NCBI GenBank assembly: GCA_028820695.1
Contig: JAPPIB010000055.1
Coordinates: forward strand, 128,015 to 192,014
Reading direction: 5' to 3'
DNA: 64,000 bases
Source: Acidiferrobacterales bacterium
Lineage (GTDB): Bacteria > Pseudomonadota > Gammaproteobacteria > Arenicellales > JAJDZL01
A program made the translations under genes and the position numbers. The notes under the pieces were generated by a model, which had not been told where the DNA came from, did not search any database, and saw only the letters and a program-made list of their open reading frames with translations. Below, in pieces: positions 19,676-30,000 of this stretch (positions are counted from its first letter, which is position 1; each line of letters begins with the position of its first letter).

Positions 19676-21052
19676 TCACTGTGGGTCGGACAATTGGGCT
19701 GCCGCGATTGCGCGACGAGCCTTGTAAGACGGTACACGCATCTCAGCCCTGTACTTGGCGACAGTCCTGCGTGCGATATTTATTCCGCTGTCCCACATGC
19801 GTTGTGCGATCTGCTGGTCGCTCAATGGGGTCAGCTGATTTTCGGATTCAACAATCTGAAGGATTCTGTGTTTGATCGACATCGCCGATTCATCCTCGCC
19901 GACGTCACGTCTTATGCGAGCCGGAAAAAAGTGCTTCAACTCGAATGTGCCTCTTGGCGTCATTATATATTTGCCGGAACACGCCCGACTTACGGTCGAC
20001 TCATGCAGGTTGACCGCGTCCGAGATCTGCTGCAGTGTCAATGGTTTCATGGCATGCTCGCCATTGTCGAGAAAGGCGCTCTGGTGTCTGACAATCGCCT
20101 TGGCAACACGAAGAACCGTATCGTTTCGTCGACTGACGTTGTCAAGAAAATGCTGTGCTGTCACCAGGTTTCTCTCAAGGTATCTGCGATCTTTTGTTGG
20201 TATTCCATCGTCAATCATCGATCGATAGTGTTCGGAGATTTTCAGGTTTGGGATGAATTCCGAGTTGAGTAAGACAGCCCACTTGTCATCGATCTTGCGT
20301 GTGACCACATCAGGAATCACGGTCAACGCAGCCGCGCCGAAATTGATCGCCGGTGAAGGGTTCAGCGACTGTATCAGGTCAACCGCCGCCCGCACCGACG
20401 CCGCATCAACTTGCATCTGGGCGCCAATCTGTTCCAACTGTCTGTCGCCAAGCAACTCGAGGTGATCGCGCAGTATCGATTTTGCGTTCTGTCGCACAGA
20501 CCGGGGAGAATTGGCAAAGTCCAGCTGGATTGACAGGCACTCGGTCAGATTTCTCGCCGCTATACCCGGCGGGTCGAGTTGCTGTACCACCTCCAACACC
20601 CCCTCAACCTGTTGAGGCTCGACAGTCCATGGCAGGAATTCGACAATGTCCTGGATGGATTCTGTCAGGTATCCGCGTTCATCAATGCAATCAATGATTG
20701 TGTCGGCAATGGCGCGATCCGACTCTGAGAGCCCGGAGGCAAGTATCTGCTGGGCAAGGTGTTCGCGAATGGATATGGATTCCATCCGATTTGCCGCCAA
20801 CTCCAGCATCTCATCGGAGTCGAGCTCGGTGCGTTGCACGCCGTTCGATGGCAACTCTCCGTTCCGCCATGTCTCATCGCCTTCTTCCGGGACGGTGCGA
20901 TCGACTTCTTCCAAAAGTGGATTGGAGTCAACAACGTCCCTGATTTCTTCTGCCAGTTCGGAACTGGATAGTTGCAAGACCCGGACGGCAGTGCTGAATC
21001 GCGCGTTGAATGTCTGTTTTTGGCGTTGGCGTAATTCTACGGTCTGTCTCAT
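19676..21052 (-). CDS. rpoN: RNA polymerase sigma-54 factor
   Basis: 458 aa with a Gln-rich N-terminus (ELRQRQKQ), the HTH and the RpoN box ARRTVAKYR. Confidence 0.95.
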   Translation of the reverse strand: MRQTVELRQRQKQTFNARFSTAVRVLQLSSSELAEEIRDVVDSNPLLEEVDRTVPEEGDETWRNGELPSNGVQRTELDSDEMLELAANRMESISIREHLAQQILASGLSESDRAIADTIIDCIDERGYLTESIQDIVEFLPWTVEPQQVEGVLEVVQQLDPPGIAARNLTECLSIQLDFANSPRSVRQNAKSILRDHLELLGDRQLEQIGAQMQVDAASVRAAVDLIQSLNPSPAINFGAAALTVIPDVVTRKIDDKWAVLLNSEFIPNLKISEHYRSMIDDGIPTKDRRYLERNLVTAQHFLDNVSRRNDTVLRVAKAIVRHQSAFLDNGEHAMKPLTLQQISDAVNLHESTVSRACSGKYIMTPRGTFELKHFFPARIRRDVGEDESAMSIKHRILQIVESENQLTPLSDQQIAQRMWDSGINIARRTVAKYRAEMRVPSYKARRAIAAAQLSDPQ

Positions 21053-21419
21053 GATTAACTGATTATTTATTCTACTGCAACCGGTGAGAATTACGCAAAG
21101 GATTTCCTGATTGCCGCAAGTTATAAGTATGCTTTGTGTACAGCGATGTCATTGCAAGTCATTGATCATTAATACGCAATACATCACGGAACGATGATTG
21201 GTCCGGTCCCGCACAGGTTCAGCCCCCATGAGTTCATGCAACAGCACGACGACCAGGTCAAGTGCCTCGACGTGCTGTTCAAGTTGAAATTTCTGACCGG
21301 AATATCTGGAAATTTACTTACCGGTAGTGACATTTGGTACAAATTGCTCTGACGCTTCGACAAACATCAGGCCATCCATTTGCCGCTACGGGAATTGTCC
21401 TTGGCCGCGCACATGGATC

Positions 21420-21644
21420 CTAGATCCGTACGAACCGGTGCTGGTCGCATGCATGCGTTGGTTCCTGCAGGCGATAAAGCTCCACGAAGGTTGAAATTTC
21501 CACAAGGGACAGCACGAGCAGTTGGAGGCGCTGGTCGGCGACTGACATTTCCTCGCCCCACCTCTTGTCCAAGTAATTCAACACCTCGTCGATCTGCCGT
21601 GTCATGGCATCGTAAAACGATCGCATCTCATCTGCCGAACTCAT
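21420..21644 (-). CDS. hypothetical protein (74 aa)
   Basis: The translation looks helical and protein-like (EMRSFYDAMTRQIDEVLNYLDKRW...). The SD is poor and it may be a relic. No family assignment was possible. Confidence 0.3.
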   Translation of the reverse strand: MSSADEMRSFYDAMTRQIDEVLNYLDKRWGEEMSVADQRLQLLVLSLVEISTFVELYRLQEPTHACDQHRFVRI

Positions 21645-21764
21645 GAGCTTAAGTTCTACCCGCTCCTGTTCGGACTCCAGCGACTACCTGACATATGGCT
21701 CCAGATTCGCAAATTCCGGATCGGGTCCGATATCCCCGATGCATACGAAAGATGTACACTACCG

Positions 21765-23963
21765 CTAGTCAGGAGAGTCCAGAATGACGCACGAGGTATA
21801 CAAATACCGGTATAGTTTGAGTGCCAGCGACTTTTCTTGCTGTTCAATCCAGCGCAACTCCTGCGTGCCTAGCAGCCATACCTTGCAAGGCAATTCGGCA
21901 ACCACTGAGTGTGCACGGGTATCCGCATCAAGCACAGGAAGAATTACATCTCCAACTCCACATTGACGAACTCTGGTTCCGTTTTGGTCAAACACTGTAG
22001 CTCTACCCGATGCAAGCAGATGAATACCCTCACCTTCCACTGCTGCTATCTTTTCATCCTGTTTGTATTCACGGGTTTCAAGCCATGCTGACAATGATTC
22101 GACTACATCTTCAAAACTAGTCATTCTGTCCAGGTATCGCTCGAGAAGTTCTTCCGATTGGGTCAGCAGGAACTCCCGTTTCAGGTCTGCGGTTTCAGCA
22201 TCGGATTCCCAGTTTTCTATGACCAGGTCTTCGCATCGCTCAAGTGCTTGATCCTTGCTCGATTCGAACCACAACTTCTCGAATGCAGAAGTCGGGACAT
22301 CCCGCATCAACCCTTTATGCAGTGCATCCGACATTGCGCAAATTACGACTTGCACACCATTTTCCGTCGAATTCTGGATAAACTGACCCAAAATGCTGAC
22401 AGCTGAGTAATCGACACCGGAAACAAGCTTCATATCAAGTATCAGGCAGGTTGGAGGCGCAGAATTATTGAGCGGCTTTCTGAGTCGTGCAACCAAGGGT
22501 CTGGCACTGCCGAAGAATAAGTATCCCCGCAGGCTGTACCCGCATATCTGATCTCCTGACTGTAAAAGAATAGTGCGTTCGGGCGGCTGTCGAACCTTCT
22601 TGCTTCGATACGTTCGACCCGTAAACTCGTCTGCAATGGGATCGACGAGACTCAGCCTCAGCGCAAAAAAGACAAGAGTCGCCAGCAAGCCTGCCACAAT
22701 ACCCTCGACAAAGCCAAAGACATTGATTACGACTACAATCAGCAATACGATCGCGTAATCGGTCGCAGGCATTTTTTTGTAGCTTTGATACAGCCCTTCG
22801 TCGAGCAGTCCTATGGCAACGAAGAATAACAGTCCGCTCAACAATGATACAGGCAAGAATTCGAGCACACCGGATCCAAAAAACAATCCTCCGCCAATGA
22901 CCAGTGCGCAAATTACGCTTGTCAATCGTGTTGATGCCCCGAAAAGCCAGCTTCGGTAGGTTGGAGGGACGACCATGTAAGTGAAGGTCGCGCCGCTGAC
23001 TCCCGAAAATATACTTGAAATTCCAGCGGCGGAAAACTCCCTGTCCCAGTTCAGTTCCCGGCCGACCAACGTCTCAAGCCCTGCAAGACTCATCACTACA
23101 CAGACAAGAGCGACAAAAATAAGTACCAGCAAATTCGGTATCTGATCTATAACCGCGTTCCAGTCTACTTTCGCCAAGTCTGTCGGAGTGATCACTGGCC
23201 ATAATACGCCTTCAACACTGTTCAGCAGCAACTTGGAGTCTCGAGCATCTTCAATCGACAACCCAAGAGCGACAAAGACCAAATGGTATGCCCCGACCAA
23301 GACAACGACACTGAACGGAAGGATCAGCGCATTTTTCCATCGTCGCATTGCGAAGAATAGTACAAGGCCGTACATCGCTCCGGGTAACCAAAGAACCAAT
23401 GAAGACGGTTCAAACAGGTGCGTATAATTTTGCGGGTCAAGCTCAACGCCCGCGATGGATACCGTGGCGATGCCGACCGCAATTCCCATTCCACCGACAA
23501 AACCTGCCGCTACCGAAAACGGAATGAATCTGACCAGCATCGAAAGACGCAGTCGTCCAATTAGCAGACACATCGTGCCGGCGACGACCGAGCCCAGAGT
23601 CAATGCCACCACAGTGGTTACAAAAAGAACCTCGCCACTCGCATCAATCGTAAGTCCCACCTGCGCCATGACAATCACCAGCGCGGGTGAAATCCCTGCT
23701 ATCGCCCCGCGAAAACTACCGGTCAAAGCGACCGAAATGCAACCGACAAATACGCCGAACAGTACCAGTCCAACACCTTGCGGCAAATATGGCTGTAACG
23801 GTCCGGAAAAAATCGCACCGGCGAAAGCAATGTGAGCAACCAGTATGCTCAGTCCCGCGGTGGAACCTGCTGAAAGCGCAGGAATGATTTTCAACGACTG
23901 GATGGTTCCAGCCGATTCGGTGTTTACACTTTTTGGCATCAGTATGCTTTGATTCAGCAGCAA
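21765..23963 (-). CDS. SulP/SLC26-family anion transporter with C-terminal STAS and cyclic-nucleotide-binding domains
   Basis: 732 aa. About 10-12 TM helices are followed by a STAS-like segment (LILDMKLVSGVDYSAVSILGQF). A cNMP-binding-like beta-roll follows (GEGIHLLASGRATVF...GVGDVILP). Confidence 0.8.
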   Translation of the reverse strand: MLLNQSILMPKSVNTESAGTIQSLKIIPALSAGSTAGLSILVAHIAFAGAIFSGPLQPYLPQGVGLVLFGVFVGCISVALTGSFRGAIAGISPALVIVMAQVGLTIDASGEVLFVTTVVALTLGSVVAGTMCLLIGRLRLSMLVRFIPFSVAAGFVGGMGIAVGIATVSIAGVELDPQNYTHLFEPSSLVLWLPGAMYGLVLFFAMRRWKNALILPFSVVVLVGAYHLVFVALGLSIEDARDSKLLLNSVEGVLWPVITPTDLAKVDWNAVIDQIPNLLVLIFVALVCVVMSLAGLETLVGRELNWDREFSAAGISSIFSGVSGATFTYMVVPPTYRSWLFGASTRLTSVICALVIGGGLFFGSGVLEFLPVSLLSGLLFFVAIGLLDEGLYQSYKKMPATDYAIVLLIVVVINVFGFVEGIVAGLLATLVFFALRLSLVDPIADEFTGRTYRSKKVRQPPERTILLQSGDQICGYSLRGYLFFGSARPLVARLRKPLNNSAPPTCLILDMKLVSGVDYSAVSILGQFIQNSTENGVQVVICAMSDALHKGLMRDVPTSAFEKLWFESSKDQALERCEDLVIENWESDAETADLKREFLLTQSEELLERYLDRMTSFEDVVESLSAWLETREYKQDEKIAAVEGEGIHLLASGRATVFDQNGTRVRQCGVGDVILPVLDADTRAHSVVAELPCKVWLLGTQELRWIEQQEKSLALKLYRYLYTSCVILDSPD

Positions 23964-24039
23964 CCTGCCTTTTACGATAGGTGCATTACTCCGAGATCAA
24001 CAATGACGGGCGAATCGGTCGAGCGGCTCCATCAGCCTG

Positions 24040-27000
24040 TCAGCTCTCCAGAGACCAGAAATGCTGCCGCTGAAATGGGTAGCCTGGCAAAGATATACGA
24101 CGTCTCTCCTCGCTCGCAAAAAGCCCGCGAAACTCTGGCGTCAATCCCGACTCATAGGTTTTCGCGACTGCTTCAAGATAAGCGGTTTCATCGGTCGACG
24201 AGCGACTTAGAGTGGCCACTGTCACCGGGCTTTCACCGTCTGCGGCTTTCGGCCAGGTCGAGGCCACCTTCAATCCTGTCGCCGATTGCGGACCGACTTC
24301 AATAATCAAATCGATGTCCTGTTGCGCGAGAGTTTCCGAAATTCGTCCCGGTCGCACCTTGTCGTAAGTCTGTCGATACCAGTATGCCCCATCGAAAACC
24401 TCACCCGATCCCACCAGTTCGCCTGTAGCCTGGTTCACCATAGACAGTGATGGCGGGTTAGCCTTGACTCCATCGAACGCCGCTTCAAGTTCCTCCAGTG
24501 CTGTGGCATCCGGTGGGCATTCATTCTGTAATGCAGCCATCAGGGCTCCTCTGCGAGCAGCAATGCGCAAACCGTCCTCTAGAGACAGCACGCCCGCCGC
24601 TTGCGCCGCAGCAATCTGACCCGCACCTGTCCCAAACACGACGCTCGGCCGGATGCCGATGCTCGACCACAGCGCTGTGAGCGCGCATTGAAGCGAATAG
24701 ATGACCGGTTGCGCACAAGCCGGATCGTCGAGCTTCCCGAAATCGCCTAGCACCACATCCAGTAACGAAATTTGCAACTCACTTGACGCCATCGTGTGCA
24801 GATGGTTCAGCACTGCCTGAACTACCGGTTCACTCCCATAAAGATTTTCACCAATCCCGCGCCAGTGGCTGTCATCTGCCAGGTATGCGAAGGCCGGCTT
24901 GATTGTCGCAGGCGAACTATGGTTGGCATCGGATTCCGCAAGCGATGCCAGTCTGGTTCTCAGGGAATCGGCATCCCCAAATAGTATGCCAGCGCGGTGC
25001 ATCCAATGACTGCGTCCCACACCTGCCGTCCACGCCATATCAGTCAACTTGCAACCAAGGGCATCGCTGTTCAAATGGGCTGCGCTGCCATTGTCGAGCC
25101 ATGCAAGATAGCGCCCTGCAAGTTTGCGCAGCGCGTCTTCGGATTTGCCCGAAAGCGGTAATATCCGCAACGGTCTTGTCTGCAGATCGTCCACGGCAAG
25201 TTCTGTAACCGGTGCCGGCAGAGAAACGTCGATGCGATTCGCGGCACCTGCCGGGGAATTGATTCCGCTTTCTCCTTCCATCGGATACTGTGGCGCTTCA
25301 TAACCCTCGACCACAAGGTGAGCATTTGTTCCCGAGATCGCGAATGCACTCACTCCCGCTCGGGGTGGACGACTGCGGCTCGTCGGCCACTTGGTCATCT
25401 CCGATGTCACCTGCACCGGAAAATCACTCCATTGTATGTGGGGATTCGGGTCCCGGAAGTGCAGATGTTTCGGGATCACCCCGCGCTTCATCGCCAGCAG
25501 GACCTTGATCAATCCCGCGACGCCGGCCGCCGGCTCCAGATGACCGATGTTGGTCTTGACCGTGCCGAGCAGAAGCGGGCGGTCAGCCTCGCGTCCCCTG
25601 CCATACACAGCGGCAGCGGCGCGCACTTCAATCGGGTCGCCTAACTGCGATCCCGTCGCATGTGCCTCGAGGTAATCCACTTCGCAAGGAGGGATTCCAG
25701 CCTGTTGAAGCGCTTCCTCAATCACCTCTTCCTGCGCGGTTCCTTTCGGTACGGTCAGCGCGGCGCTCAACCCGTTCTGATTCACCGCTGAACCTCGCAC
25801 CAAACCCCAGATGCGATCGCCATCCGCCTCGGCATCGCTCAGCCTCTTCAGAATCACGACTCCGCAACCCTCGCCGCGAACGAAGCCGTCCGCGGCCGCA
25901 TCGAATGTCTTGCACCGCCCGCTCGATGACAACATCCCGTACTCCTTCATGAAATTCGAAACTCGAGTAGAAAGTACCGTTTGCACTCCGCCCGCCAGAG
26001 CCATGTCAATCTCACCCGCCCTGAGGCTTGCGGCAGCCTGATGCACCGCCACGAGCGATGACGAACAAGTCATGTCCAGCGGAACCGCCGGACCCATGAA
26101 CCCCAGTGTAAAAGCGACCCTTCCGATGGCCACGCTCGGTGCGGTGCCAAGAAAACTGTCATCCGCGCCTCTGCTTATGGCCAGGTCCCGGTACTCGCTG
26201 CCGCTCAAACCGATATACACGCCGGTGCGAGAGCCTGCGAGCGGCGAAGGGCATATGCCCGCGTCTTCGAGTGCCAGCCAACTCGTTTCCAGCAACAGTC
26301 TTTGGCGCGGATCCATGGTGCGTGCCTCGATAGGCCTGATGCCAAAAAAGTCCGCATCGAAAAGATTGATTCCCTCAACGAATCCTCCTCTTCGAGAGAC
26401 ACTGTCCTCGGCGGCGGGATCTCCGAAAACGCCGTGCCAGGGACCAGGGTCTTCGCGCCCATCCGTTATCGCGTCCATACCTGCCTCGAGCTGTTGCCAA
26501 AAAGCATCCAGATCAGGTGCGCCAGGGAATCGGCACGCCATGCCCACAATCGCGATTCCGTCCTTTTCCGCACCAATCTTTACTGGTTGCACCGAAACGG
26601 GCTCGTCCTGTGCTGGAGGAGCGAAAGCAGGTTCCACTTCGCCGAGCTCGCTGGCAAGATGTCTGGCAAGTGCCGCGATGTCCGGGTAATCGAAAACCAC
26701 CGTGTTCGATGCCGTGTAGGTGTCAGCGAAAGCTTTATTCAGCCGATTACGAAATTCCACGGACATGAGCGAGTCCATCCCTAGATCAAAGAAACCTACC
26801 GTAGGCTCTGGCAGCGATGACAATCGCAGTACGGCCTTTAATTCCTGCTGCAGGAACGAACCCAGCAGGTCTTCGCGCTCCGCCACCGGTACCTGCCTGA
26901 CACGAGAGATCAGATCAACCGCCAGGGCAGGTGAATCCGCACTCTCCTCAGGGTCCAAGAAGAGCAGATCCTCAAGCAGCGGCGGCCGTTCTTCGACGGC

Positions 27001-30000
27001 CTCTTGGAAAACGGTCCAATCCATGGCCATCACGACAGAATTTGTGATGTCCTGCCGTACAAGCCGTTCAAATGCCTTGATGCCCTGTTGCGGGGTGAAC
27101 CAGCGACCGCCTCGTGCGGCACGCTGTCGTTCAATCCGGTCGCGCTGTTCTGCTGCCTCACCGATTTCGGACCACGCTCCCCAGGCGATTGCCTGTCCCG
27201 GAAGTCCCAGTGCTCGGCGATATCCGGCAAGCTGATCCAGAAACGCGTTGGCCGCGGCGTGGTTCGCCTGACCCGGGTTGCCCATCACGCCGACCCGACT
27301 CGAAAACAGAATGAAAAAATCCAGATCAATATCGACAGTAGAGCGGTGCAGATGCCAAGCCCCTAGTATCTTCGGCCATAACACGATTTGGAATCGCTGC
27401 CAATTCTGGTTCGTCAGCGCACCGTCGGACAAAAGCCCTACACTATGGATCACGCCGCCCAGCGGGGGAAGTTCCTCTTTAATCCGCGCCAGCATTGAAT
27501 TTACCTGGCCGGCATCCGATACATCCGCGAGTTCCACCCTGACTCTGAACCCTCGTTCGCGTAGCGAATCGATTGCCCTATCAACCTCCGGGTCTGGAGA
27601 ACGTCGTCCATTCAGCACGATCGTTCCGGCTCCGCGTTCGGCGAGCCAATCGGCGACTGCACATCCGATGCCGCCAAGCCCTCCGGTGACAAGATACGTC
27701 CTGTCCTGCCGCAAGCGGCCGTTTGCCAGCGGCGGCACCGTCAGGACAATCTTGCCGGTATGGCGGGCCGCCCGCATGAATCGCAATGCCGTTCCGGCCT
27801 CCGCCAGCGGCCATCTGCTATGAACAATCGGTCGCACTTGTCCTGCCGCAAGCTGTTTCATGACGTCGCGAAGAACCCTGCCAACCCTGGCCGGTTCGGT
27901 CTTCTTCATAACATCGAGCTCGAGGATGGCATAGGCTACGTCAGGACGAACCTGTGCCATCTCATCCTCGCTGAGTATGTCCCGCCTTGCCAGCTCGACG
28001 AACCGTCCGCCATTCGCCAGGCAGGATAGGCTCGCGTCTATGAAGCCTTCCCCTGTCAGACTGTTTAGCACCACATCCACACCGACGCCGCCGGTGGCAT
28101 TGAGAATTTCTTCTCCAAATGTGGTTTGGCGACTGTCAAAAATGTTCTCCACCCCGAGCGAACGAAGGTATGACTGCTTGGGCGCGCTCGCTGTAGCAAA
28201 GACTTCCGCCCCCGCGGCCTGCGCCAGCTGGATCGCCGCCAGACCGACGCCGCCGGCACCCGCGTGAATCAACACCTTGTCTCCCTTGTTCAGCCCGGAA
28301 AACTCGTAAGACAGGGCGGCCGAGACGAATGCGCTTGGCACCGTGGCGAGATCCGATGCGGAAAATCCGGTCGGGGCCGGCGCGACCAGTTCCTCTCTCG
28401 TAATCATTTCAAACGCAAACGCGCCGAATCCCAGTCCGGTTACGTGATCGCCAATACGAACAGTTGACACTTCGGCACCGAGCTCAATTACACGGCCGTA
28501 CATCTCCCTGCCCAGATCACCCTCTTCGATAAAGCCCAGCGAGCGAAACACATCCCAAAAGTTAAGGCCGATCGCCTCAACCGCAATACATACCTCCTTC
28601 GGCTTCAGGTTGCGAGGTTGCAAGGGCTTGATGCACGGTCTTTCAAAAACGCCGCCCGGATCCGGTGCCAGCACCCACGCCGCATCATCCGGCAGGGAGA
28701 GTCGCTCGGCCCCGGCGTCTCCCCGGACCAGGCGTGCAACGTGACGACGTCCCGATCGGTATGCGATGTGGTTTTCCGAGTCGGGGTACAAAAGTTCATT
28801 GACCAAATCGGGTTCCGGCGATATCGGTGCAGGATCCAGGTCAATCATCCTCGGTTGCAGGTCCGCCGCTTCAAGTATCACGGCCTTGCCGAACCCCCAA
28901 AGAACGCTGCCGGCGAGCTCCCCGCCCTGTTCCCGTTCCAATACCTGCGCCCCGCTGGTGATAAACCACACACCTAGTTGCGGTTTCGCATCAACATCCA
29001 TCATTCCCTGGACCATCGCTAACGCACTGGCACCGATCCGTCTCACGTCCTCAGCCATTTCCTCGTGCGATGCATCCGACCCGCGGCCATTGCAGGCCAT
29101 CAGGTGTACGGCACCGTGAAAATCCATATCCGATGGAAGACTTCGCATGAGCGAACACCAGGAATCTCGATGTTCCATGTCCAGGGAGACGTCAACCACC
29201 CCGGCTCCGGATATCTCCCATGACTTGTCATTCGACGGTCCGTTCTCAACCAGCATCACTACCTGATTGCGAGCAGCCAGCCGGGTTGCCAGCTCGCTTG
29301 CCATCTCACAGCGATCCCCCGCGAGAATCCAGACCCCCGGCGCTTCCATTACTTCGGCTGCACTTTGTGCGACGATCACCCCCTTGTCCGGAAACTCGGT
29401 TGGGTCCGACTCATTCACTCCCAGAACTTCCACTTCACTGAAACCGACATCAGCGAGCGCGCGGCGCCATATTGACGGACTTGCCAGGGCATGGTGGGGA
29501 CGGTAGCTGTCAGCGAACCGCCACCATCCGTCCAATTGCCCGAAAGTGAGATCCATCCAACCCTGACCGCTGAGATTTTCGAGTGCAACCAGCTGACCCG
29601 ACGGCGCGAGAAGCAAAAGGCAATGTGTCAGTGTTTCTTGAAGATCGCGAGTTGCGTGCAAGACGTTCGACGCAATCAGCAAATCATAGGAGTTGACGGC
29701 AAAGCCCTGCACCAGCGGATCTTTCTCAATATCCAAAGGACGGTATTCGATGGCGCCTCCACCATCACCGAAGCGTGATTCTGCTTGTGCAAAGAATCCT
29801 GCCGAGATGTCCGTGTACATGTAATCGAACTGTCCATCCGGCAGTTCCGGCAAGATGGCAGCGGTCGCCGAACCTGTCCCCGCGCCGACTTCAATTATCC
29901 GAAGACGCTTTCCCTCGGGCCGGTCGGCCACGAGGGTGCGAATTGTCTCTTTCAATATCCGATTGGCTGCCCGCGCCACAGGTGCTTTCAGATACAGATC

